64,000 nt of DNA from NCBI GenBank assembly GCA_964016885.1, contig OZ024751.1:53382001-53446000 (forward strand), in the 5' to 3' direction. Position 1 is the first letter of the stretch. Every line of letters begins with the position of its first letter. The notes under the pieces were generated by a model. That model saw nothing but the letters and a program-made list of their open reading frames with translations, had not been told where the DNA came from and searched no databases. Shown here in pieces: positions 53,486 through 64,000 of the stretch. The DNA is from Eledone cirrhosa (lineage: Eukaryota). The position numbers and the translations under genes are program-made.

Positions 53486-53898
53486 CTAAAAAATAAACAA
53501 AGCATTGCAGAAATTATATTTCTCACCAGAAATGACTTTTTCAAATCACAGGAAAAGAAAAAGATGAAAAAGTAATAGTTAAATATTATAAATAGTATTT
53601 GGGTAAAATATCTCTGGAGATGGAAAAATATGGATAGATATATCTACAAGGAATGCATCTGTCCACCTTTTTCCATCTTCAGAAACAGTTCACTGGATTT
53701 ACTCAACTATTATTGTAATCATTGCGTTGAGACAACTACATTTCAAATTTCATATATATTAATGTATTATATACACACAAATACATATATATATATATAT
53801 AGATACATACATATATATATATACATAAATATAAATAAATACACATGATGATGATATATGTCTGTGTGTATAACAAAGAAGAAAAGTTATCTACTTAC

Positions 53899-53972
53899 AT
53901 CTAATGGTTGGGCATAAAATAACTCAGTTGGATCTTTCAGTTCTTGTGCCTCTTTCATAAGACGCTTCACAG
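53899..53972 (-). CDS. UBE2J1: UBE2J1 second coding exon (74 nt)
   Basis: (A)VKRLMKEAQELKDPTELFYAQPLD; phase-1 acceptor, GTAAGT donor. Confidence 0.95.
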
Positions 53973-55479
53973 CTGTAAATAGAGAGAAGAAATACCAATT
54001 ACTTGACATGGCACAACACCTCTTATGGCTTACAAAATGTTAACTGTTTAGCCAGGAGACCAACAGACATACATACAAATACATCTGTCAATACAACAAG
54101 TGTTTTAAAGCTATATTCCCTATTAAAGCAAGGGTTTATTTATTATGGGGTCCCTTTTTGAGGCAATGTTTTGTGGCTAGACACCCTTCCTGGTGTCAAC
54201 CTTTTGACTCGCTGGTGTCTCCATAATTACATGTACCAATAAGACATTGAGGTAAGGAACTAACAGAGATGAGTTGGGTAATGAAGGAAGGAGCTATCTT
54301 ACAGAGATGACTGAAGGGAGGAAGGATGAGGGAAGGGAGGCGGGATGGCAGACAGGAAGGAAAGAAAAAGAGAGAGGAGCTATTTAACGGCAATAAAGTA
54401 TATATAAAAGATATGTAATCTTTTTCTCTCAGCTTTAATTTATTTAATCAGTTAAACCAATCTTCTCCATAGCAACAGCCACATATTCCCTCCTATGTAT
54501 ATATATCTTTAATCTAAACAATATCTAATTAACTTTCATCCTTACGGGGTCGATAAAATAAAGTACCAGTAATGCACTGGGTTATTGCTGGCCTTGTGCC
54601 TAAAGTAGAAACAATTATTAGATTATGACTAATTTCTTTAACCCATTCATGACTGCATTTCTAATGACATACATTCTATTTTAATTAATTAATGAAGAAT
54701 TTTGAGGGATTTTCTAAAATTATTAATTATTTCATTCTAAGATAGTAACTTAATGTAAGGTTCTTATATAAAATTATGTTGGAAGCTTTTAATTTAAATT
54801 GGAAACCTTTAAAATGGGTGATTTTATTTCAGAGAAACAGAACCAGTTTCGGCCAGGTTGGTAGCTAAAAGATTAATCAGTTAAACTAATCTCCTCCATA
54901 GCAACAGCCACATATTCCCTACTATGGTAAATATCTTTCATCTAAACAATATCTAATTACCTATTATGAATAAATTACAACTTTCCACCACCAAACTCAT
55001 TGTTTTATAATTAGGCTGTTTGACATTTGATCATGTGTACTCAATCAAGGATGACCACGGGTTCAACAACTACAGCATTAATCCTAATGTGTCATGTTAT
55101 CTGTATAAAGTTTAGTAGTTTTGTAGCTAGCTATAGCATTAGATAATACTGCTATGGTTAAAATTTATTTCAGGTCATTTGTAGTAACAGCTGTTATGAT
55201 AGCAATCTATTGTATATGTTTGTAAAGACACTGAAATATAATACATATAGTGAATCAATGGCACTATTGCTAATACAAAGATACTGTTGACAAGTCATGA
55301 TGAAGTCAATAACAGTGTTTTAATTCCTAACAAAGCCAGGGTTTCATTTGTAAAGCCATATAATATTTGTCAGTGCTGTGTTGGCAATATCATCATTACA
55401 TCACCCATGCCATGATGGCATTGCTTAGAGAATGCAGAGCTTAGTGTTTAAGGAGTTGAGCTCCTTATAATATAGATGA

Positions 55480-55745
55480 AGTATGACCAAATGGTTTAAG
55501 AGGTTTGCTTCACAATCATTAGGTCCTGAATTCAATCCTATGGCATGGCATCTTAGGCAAGTGTCATTTACCAGAGCCCTGGCTTAAACCATGTCTTTTC
55601 AGTGGAATTGGGGAGGTTAACCTGGTGAAAGACTGCCATCCCATCCAGAAAGCAGTCTTGTACTTCCAGTTGCTTAACACCAATGAAACTAGAATATGCT
55701 TCAGGCCTCATCAGCCTCTGGGTTTTGGACAAACTTTACTTTTAA
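55480..55745 (+). mobile_element. Degenerate tRNA-derived SINE
   Basis: atggtttaagagg..gaattcaatcc..cttaggcaagtgtcattt pattern. Confidence 0.5.
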
Positions 55746-56470
55746 TGGCCTAAGTAGGACTTTTAGAGGCTGTGTTCAACTATCTCCCACCCTGATGTCA
55801 ACCCTTTAATCAACTCTGATGACATACAGGAATATAAGCATATTAAGGTGTACAAACAGGACATAAACATGTTTAGGTCTACAAACGATATAAACATATT
55901 TAGGTGTACAGGAGAAAAAGTAATCAGCAGGGTCGTGTTTATTGATTTATCCAAAGCTGAATATATGAAGTAACAGTATTTTCATTCCTAAGTAATATAC
56001 AATCCTGTTCCTGTTATGATAATGATGATGATGGGGAGGTTGACATGATCATCTGACACCATTGATGGTGGTTTCTCCAGCAGGACTGCAGTTTAATAAA
56101 CCAAACCAGTAAAACAATATGTTATGTATGTAATGTTATGTCCAACCCATGCCAGCAGGTAGAATAGAGGTTAAATCATGATATTGATGTAACAACAATA
56201 TTTACATTCCACAGTAATATATAATCCTGTTCCTAATATCAACTTGCTTGTCAATCTGACAGTGCTAGCAACTACAAACAGTAAAACATCACAATATATA
56301 TACATATATACATATATATATATATATACATATATGTATACATATATATAAACATATATATATACATACATATATACATATATATATACATATATATATA
56401 CATATATACAAACATATATATAAACATATATATAAACATATATACATATATATAAACATATATATATACA

Positions 56471-57626
56471 TAATTATATCTCATAAAATAATACAACTGG
56501 TTTTTCCACATTATACATATTGTTAGCACCCCAAACACTTAAATTGGGTTTATATTTAAATATAACCCAATGTTTGTTGAGTGAGATGGATACCAGTCAG
56601 AGTTTAACTTTAAACTATCTCTGTTATTGTATTAAATATTTACTCTTGATTGGCCAGAGGTGTTTATTTCCAGGTACCTTATGAATTTGACTTTCCGTAT
56701 TTATTACTGTTGTGAAATGTTGTGGTTTTTTTGGGTTGTAACTTCTGTTTTTTAGCCAAAGAAAATATATATATGCCTATGTATATAATTACATGCATAC
56801 ATTTATTTTCTTTAATTAATTGAGTTCTTTACACGAAGAATTGATATTAGTTTTGAAATGACTAATTAACCCGCGTGTGTTTTATATTTTACTCTTAATT
56901 CGGCCGGAGATTTACATTCCCATTTGCCCTTTAAAGCATGACTTTCTGTATTTACTGCGGTTATGAGATGCGGTTCTTATTCGGGTACAACTTCTGATTT
57001 TAGCCTAAGAAAATATCTATATGCGTGTGTAATTTATACACGCATATATTTATTTTTTTTATTTGCAATTGAGTTCTTAACACGTTGGATTGATAACGTT
57101 TTCGAAAAAACTAATTAACCCGCATGTATATTATTATTTTTTTCCTCCTCTCGTGGATCGTAGTTGTCTCCCCTTCCCGCTTTGTGTCGCTATGATACTT
57201 CCTCAGTCAAGAACTGCTGGAATTTCAAATTTGGCGGTCATTTGATGCGAGAAGGAGCAACTTAACAGACACGATTTTTGACTGCGGTAAGAATTTCTTT
57301 CTTATATCAAAGTTTAATGGGCTTCCACTGATGATTTATAAGCACCCACCTAAATATATTCTTATATGAATATATATTAGGCTTCTACATAAACTGGAAA
57401 TATTCTCCAAACTTGTAGAAAACTTATAATGAAACAATTGTTTGGCAAGAGAGATGTATTTTAACTTTAATTATATCTCATAAAATAATACAACTGGTTT
57501 TTCCACATTATACATATTGTTAGCACCCCAAACACTTAAATTGGGTTTATATTTAAATATAACCCAATGTTTGTTGAGTGAGATGGATACCAGTCAGAGT
57601 TTAGCTTTAAACTATCTCTGTTATTG

Positions 57627-57628
<2 letters not shown>
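56471..57628. mobile_element. 1.16-kb non-coding element with ~155-bp direct terminal repeats, flanked by (TA)n
   Basis: 56471-56630 matches 57468-57628; internal diverged ~245-bp tandem duplication (56633-57125). Confidence 0.7.
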
Positions 57629-57658
<30 letters not shown>

Positions 57659-57911
57659 TATATACATATATATATATACATATATATATATACATATATA
57701 CACATATATATATACATATATACACATATATATATACATATATACACATATATATATACATATATAAACATATATATATACATATATAAACATATATATA
57801 TACATATATAAACATATATATATACATATATAAACATATATATATACATATATAAACATATATATATACATATGTATATATATATATACATATATAGATA
57901 TATATAAACAT

Positions 57912-59300
57912 ATATGGAAGCACGGCCTAGAATCAAAAGGCCTTAATATTAACCTGGCTAAGACTAAAGTTCTAGTTTGTAGGAAAGAAAATAAGGTGCC
58001 GGTCCCTTCCGGGAAATGGCCATGCTCAGTGTGTAGGAAAGGCGTAGGTAGAAACTCCATTTTATGTCCCAAATGCAAAGTATGGGTGCATAAAAGATGC
58101 AGTGCAATCACAGGTAAGTTAACTAAGAACATAGATTTTACATGTGGCCGGTGCTCTGGTGCAATAAGTAGCAGCAAGTGCCCACAAAAATACTAGCTCT
58201 TTCAATTGCGCAGAGGGTTCTATAGAAATAGTGCACAGCTTCCGTTACCTGGGTGACAAAATCAGCAGTGGGGGAGGGTGCTCTGAAAGTACAGTAGCTA
58301 GAGTCAGAACTGGATGGAAAAAGTTCAGAGAGCTTATACCACTATTAGCCGCTAAAGGGTTCTCCCTAAAAATGAAAGGGAGGCTGTATGATGCCTGCAT
58401 ACGAACAGCAATGTTGCATGGCAGTGAGACCTGGGCATTGTGTGCAGAGGATATACGCAGACTAGAGAGGAACGAAGCTTGCATGCTCCGCTGGATGTGT
58501 AATAGTAATATACGGGAACGGCAAAGCATAAACGAACTAAGGCAAACATTAGAAATAAGAGGGATCAGATGTTGTTTAGTCGAGAGAAGGCTACGTTGGT
58601 ATGGTCACGTGATGCGTATGAAAGACGACAGCTGTATAAAAAAGTGCAGGGCAATAAAGATAGACGGTAGCCACGGAGTAGGCAGACCCAGAAAAACCTG
58701 GGACGACCTGATAAACTCCGACCTCACACACTTACACCTCTCCAAGACAATGTCACTGGACCGAGATCTTTGGCGGTACTCAGTAATAGAGAAGACCCGC
58801 CTTACCTGAAATACAAAGTAAAACCTACTACAGTCAGTAGGCATCTCTAACAAACCCCCCCCCCCATCCACACCGCCCCTTTCAATGTAAAGTTATGTTG
58901 GTGCCACAACATCCAGGCCGAAACAAATGAGTTAGTGTAGGTGTCACGACAAAAAACACACAGTCCACGCTGTAATGTGGCCGTGTAGGCAACACGGTAA
59001 AAACCTCCCAGTCCCACACTGTAAATATGGTTGGTGTTAGGAAGGGCATCCAGCTGTAGAAAACCCGCCAGACAGTCCACGCTGTAATGTGGCTGTGTAG
59101 GCAACACAGTAAAAACCTCCCAGCCCCACACTGTAAATGTGGTTGGTGTTAAGAAGGGCATCCAGCTGTTGAAAACCTGCCAGACAGTCCTATGCAAGCA
59201 AGACAACCACTCTTGCCTCAAGTGGGAAAACTCCCGTCCAAACCCATGCAAGCGTGGAACATGGACGTTAAACAATGATGATGCTGATGATGATGATGAT
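57912..59300 (+). mobile_element. 5'-truncated RTE LINE with (GAT)n tail
   Basis: [34 protein letters not shown]; close copy of 61381-62660. Confidence 0.92.
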
Positions 59301-59319
59301 ATATATATACATATATATA

Positions 59320-59365
<46 letters not shown>

Positions 59366-59403
59366 AGAGTATTGAAGTTTGCTTGAAGCATTGTGGAATA
59401 ATA

Positions 59404-59911
59404 GGTAAATATCTTTAAGTCGTTTGGAAGCCTCGACAATGCAAATGGGTAAATCTCCGAGTAACAAGATCCGGTGGTGGAGAGAGAGATGGAAGTGGGT
59501 GTACGTTGAGATGCGTGGCGTGTATAAGACGTGTAGAGGAATGAATACCTCAGATATTCAAAACAACAAACAGCTGAAACCCTCAGATATTCAAAACAAC
59601 AAACAGCGGAGGACGTGTTTCGCACCTTTCCGACAGACAACCTTTCCCCCACCCCGGAAAAACCCCCAGTTGATGGATGTGAATCCGAAATATATAGGGA
59701 CAATTAAATCTCTCCCAAGGTAACTCTCTCTCATGTTGTTATTTTTATTTTATCCTTTATACTCTTTCCTTCATTCCTCTACACGTCTTATACACACCAC
59801 GCATCTCAACGTACACCCACTTACATCTCTCTCTCCACCACCAGATCTTGTTACTCGGAGATTTACCCATTTGCATTGTCGAGGCTTCCAAACGACTTAA
59901 AGATATTTACC
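59404..59911 (+). mobile_element. Small element with ~140-bp inverted arms (PLE-like end structure)
   Basis: 59404-59546 is the reverse complement of ~59769-59911; (TA)n nearby. Confidence 0.7.
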
Positions 59912-60001
59912 ATATATATATAAACATATATAAAGATATATATAAACATATATATAAATATATATATATAAACATATATATAAACACATATATATATATA
60001 A

Positions 60002-60738
60002 ATATTGTTATACTTTGGGAGGGTCATGTTGCCAATAAGAAACACACGCACCAGTTGCTTTCACTTCAATTTATTATATATTTATAAATTTATAAATTTA
60101 CAAATCTACAAACTTATAAATTTCTGGTTGGTTGGTTGGTTCCACAACCAGATAGTTGTTTATATATAGTCATAGTCCTTTCGTCACACACTCTGTGACC
60201 TCTTCAGTGACTGGGGATTCCTTTCTTTGTTTCTGTGCCTTTCCTTTCTTCTGTCCTACGCCATTTTGTTTCTGTGTGTGTGTTGTGTGCTCAGTTTGCG
60301 CATGTGCCACATCCGGGTGTCTGTGTGTGTTTGTGTTCATTTATCTATTTGTTTATTTATTTACATGTTGTTGGTTGGTTGTTTGTTCTATGTGTGTGTG
60401 TGTTTTCATTTTGTCCTTAATTGTAAGTTGTGATGTTGCTGTTCCACTCATATTTTCTATTTAATTTTGGTTGTAATTCTTTTATGCTTACTGCCTCTGT
60501 AATTTGCCTAAACATTGCATCTTTTCTGTGTGTGGATTCTATTTTTATTTCTATGTTCTCTAATTTACCCTTGTGTTCTATCTTAGCATGTTGGTAGAGT
60601 ACAGATGATTCTTTATTATCTTGAAGGTCTCGCCAGTGTTCATTTATCCGTTCCCCTATACTACGAGTTGTCTCACCTAAAGCAACTGGTGCGTGTGTTT
60701 CTTATTGGCAACATGACCCTCCCAAAGTATAACAATAT
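60002..60738 (-). mobile_element. Neptune-like PLE 3' fragment (GIY-YIG C-half) with 60-bp inverted terminal copy
   Basis: Minus frame from 60678: GETTRSIGERINEHWRD...SSVLYQHAKIEH...AMFRQITEAVSI..LNRKYEW; 60002-60061 is inverted relative to 60679-60738; related end at ~41900-41972. Confidence 0.8.
60168..60212 (-). ncRNA. Minimal type I hammerhead ribozyme (45 nt)
   Basis: AGTCA-CTGAAGA-G-GTCACA-gag-TGTGAC-GAAA-GGAC-TA^TGACT. Confidence 0.8.
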
Positions 60739-61380
60739 CGGTTTCAACACACGATTTCAGATAAAGAATCTTGCTAAACAAATTCAGAAACGACATATAT
60801 ATAAACATATATATATATATTTAAAGCGAATTGGTCACAGGGTTATTTACTTTGGTAAACGCCACTGCAGGCCAACCACTAATTAAATTCGATACAGATA
60901 TAATAAGGTTAACAAACTTACTCGTGAGTGAACTGACCGAGAGCCGGTCGCCAAATAATCAGCATGGTAAATTAAATGTTATTGAGACACGAGTAACATA
61001 ATAATGATGTCAACAGCAGAAATTAGAGATGAAATGTATGTTTATTTTTGTTGTAACACAAATAATGTTGGTTAACTTGTATGGTTGAAGTTACACATAA
61101 AAATGAGGTTACAAAAAGGAATGTGTCATTGCGCCGGAAAGTCGGCAGGTTAAGGTGCAAAATCTCACCGTCACATGTACGTGTTGCTGGTTCGAAGTCC
61201 CAGGTGCGAGAGAGAGATTTTCTTCAAATCTTCGCGGGTAATTTCTCTCTCAGGACACGTAGGATACATCCTCTTCTGCTGGCGCTGATTGGCTGAGCTG
61301 AACCAAATCATGCACAGAGAATACATGTGAGCCCGCGGAATGTAGGTCACTACATATATATAAACATATATATATATATA

Positions 61381-64000
61381 TCATCATCATCATCGTTTAA
61401 CGTCCATGTTCCACGCTTGCATGGGTTTGGACGGGAGTTTTCCCATGTGAGGCAAGAGTGGTTGTCTTGCTCGCATAGGACTGTCTGGCGGGTTTTCTAC
61501 AGCTGGATGCCCTTCCTAACACCAACCACATTTACAGTGTGGGACTGGGAGGTTTTTACTGTGTTGCCTACACGGCCACATTACAGCGTGGACTGTGTGT
61601 TTTTTTGTCGTGACACCTACACGATCTCATTTGTTTCGGCCTGGATGTTGTGGCACTAACGTAACTTTACATTGAAAGGGGCGGTGTGTATGGGGTGGGG
61701 GTGGTGTGACGGGGCTTATTTTGTTAGAGATGCCTACTGACTGTAGTAGGTTTACTTTGTATTTAGGCAAGGCGGGTCTTCTCTATTACTGAGTACCGCC
61801 AAAGATCTCGGTCCAGTGACATTGTCTTGGAGAGGTGTAAGTGTGTGAGGTCGGAATTTATCAGGTCGTCCCAGGTTTTTCTGGGTCTGCCTACTCCGTG
61901 GCTACCGTCTATCTTTATTGCCCTGCACTTTTTTTATACAGCTGTCGTCTTTCATGCGCATCAAGTGACCATACCAACGTAGCCGTCTCTCGAGTAAACA
62001 ACATCTGATCCCTCTTATTTCTAATTTTTCCCTTAGTTCGTTTATGCTTTGCCGTTCACGTATATTACTATTACACATCCAGCGGAGCATGCAAGCTTCG
62101 TTCCTCTCTAGTCTGTGTATATCCTCTGCACACAATGCCCAGGTCTCACTGCCATGCAACATTGCTGTTCGTATGCAGGCATCATACAACCTGCCTTTCA
62201 TTTTTAGGGAGAACCCTTTAGCGGCTAATAGTGGTATAAGCTCTCTGAACTTTTTCCATCCAGTTCTGACTCTAGCTACTGTACTTTCAGAGCACCCTCC
62301 CCCACTGCTGATTTTGTCACCCAGGTAACGGAAGCTGTCCACTATTTCTATAGAACCCTCTGCGCAATTGAAAGAGCTAGTATTTTTGTGGGCACTTGCT
62401 GCTACTTATTTCACCAGAGCACCGGCCACATGTAAAATCTATGTTCTTAGTTAGCTTACCTGTGATCCCACTACATCTTTTATGCACCCATACTTTGCAT
62501 TTGGGACATAAAATGGAGTTTCTACCTACGCCTTTCCTACACACTGAACATGGCCATTTCCTGGAAGGGACCGGCGCCTTATTTTCTTTCTTACAAACTA
62601 GAACTTTAGTCTTAGCCAGGTTAATTTTAAGGCCTTTTGATTCTAGGCCGTGCTTCCATGTTTGGAATTTCTTCTCTAGCTCGGCCATTGATTCAGCTAT
62701 GAACGTTAGATCATCTGTGTATAGGAGTTCCCATGGGCAGCCGGTCTTGAACTTCACTGTTATAGCCTGAAGGGCAATAATAAATAGTAGGGGGCTAAGA
62801 ACAGAGCCCTGATGAACACCAACTTTTACACTAAACTTTTCACTATATTCGTTGTTAATTCTAACCTTGCTGACTGTTTCTTTATACATGGCTTGTATAG
62901 CTCTCACAAGCCATTCGTCAACACCTAGTTTTCTAAGAGCCCACCAGATAATGGAACGGGGGACTCTGTCGAAGGCTTTCTCCAAGTCAACAAAAGCTAA
63001 GTATACGGGTTTACTTTTAGCTAGGTACTTCTCCTGGAGTTGTCGTACAATGAAAAGAGCGTCTGTGGTACTTTTGCCTGACACAAACCCGAACTGCATT
63101 TCATCTAGATCAATTCTCTCTCTGATTAGTTGCGCTATTACTTTTTCCGTGACCTTCATGACCTGGTCGATTAATTTAATGCCTCTATAGTTACTCCTAT
63201 CTAGGGCATCTCCTTTACCCTTGTAATAGTTAATGATGATGTTGTTACGCCAGTCCTTCTGAACAACCCCATTCTGTATGACTTGGTTTACTATCCGGGT
63301 GACCAAGGTGTGTCCCACCATTCCAGAGGCTTTCAGCATCTCAGCAACTATTTCCGAAGGCCCAGCCGCCTTACCCGTCTTCATATCTTTGATTGCCTTA
63401 CTTATTATACTACCTTCGACTAACACTGCTGGTCCCTCTATTGGGTCGATGTGGGGGAGACTGTCTTTCTCCCATTTATTCTCCTCATTTAGAAGCCTTT
63501 CGTAGTGACACTTCCAAGCTACCTTCTTATCAGCGTCAGTGAGGGCAAGTACGCCATCATCATTAAGTACACACTTCTCCCCGACAATATCATGGTTTTC
63601 CTTGACACATTGCCTAGCAATCCTGAACACCTCGCGTTTTTGGTCCTCGCGTTGTAGAACATGCTTGAACTTTCTTTCCTCTGCTTCCCTTCTTGCGAAG
63701 TACACTTGTCTCCTAGCTTCCCTCCTGGCCACTTGATAGTCTTCTCCCCATCCCGCCATACTTTCCAAGCCTGCTTTTTGGCCTTAATTGACTCCTCCAC
63801 CTTACTGTTCCACCACTATGTTACTCTCCTCCTACCTACAGGCCTGCTCCAGCCACAGACTTCGTCTGCCGCCGTTAGCAGGTTAGCTTTCAGGAATTCC
63901 CACTGTTCCTCTATATTATACGACTCTAATTGCTCTTCCTTACTGTCGAAAGCATCAAGTAATATGCTTTGAAATTTATTTCTGGTTGTGGGGTCCTTTA
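61381..64000 (-). mobile_element. RTE LINE (RT region and 3' end), continues beyond window
   Basis: NYRGIKL, QFGF, FVDLEKAFDRVP, GVHQGSVLSP, LLYTDD, PHD-like insert, frameshifts, (GAT)n tail. Confidence 0.93.

Noticed and set aside
60922-60970. Candidate UBE2J1 exon 1 (ATG plus GTAAGT donor on minus strand)
   Set aside because: Wrong phase for the next exon and no similarity to the UBE2J1 N-terminus.
61130-61345. CpG-richer patch with CCAAT-like and CCGGAA motifs as a promoter
   Set aside because: Short motifs only, surrounded by repeats, and no linked exon.

Overview
Repeat-dense animal genomic DNA, most consistent with a cephalopod (octopus-like SINEs, (GAT)n-tailed RTE LINEs, multi-kb (TA)n arrays); the species is an inference. 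One host gene is present: UBE2J1 on the minus strand (six GT-AG coding exons, 53972->49910; first coding exon not found), with an unusually long low-complexity last exon. Nearly all long ORFs in the track are (TA)n read-through artefacts. The rest is retroelements: two Penelope-like elements (PLEs; RT + C-terminal GIY-YIG), a Neptune-like GIY-YIG fragment, several non-coding PLE-like elements with inverted or direct terminal repeats, a near full-length CR1/L2-group LINE whose ORF1 combines a Myb/SANT-like domain, polyQ and two CCCH fingers, an R4/Dong-like fragment, RTE copies and tRNA-SINEs. The strongest hidden signal is a set of six sequence-unrelated type I hammerhead ribozyme families (11 copies, found by manual pairing) in PLE-type terminal repeats next to (TA)n tracts. 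They include a CAGAAGA-core variant, a U3-A8 compensatory variant, and a form with a 116-nt helix II that sits back-to-back in a spacerless 408-bp palindrome. All folds are manual and untested.
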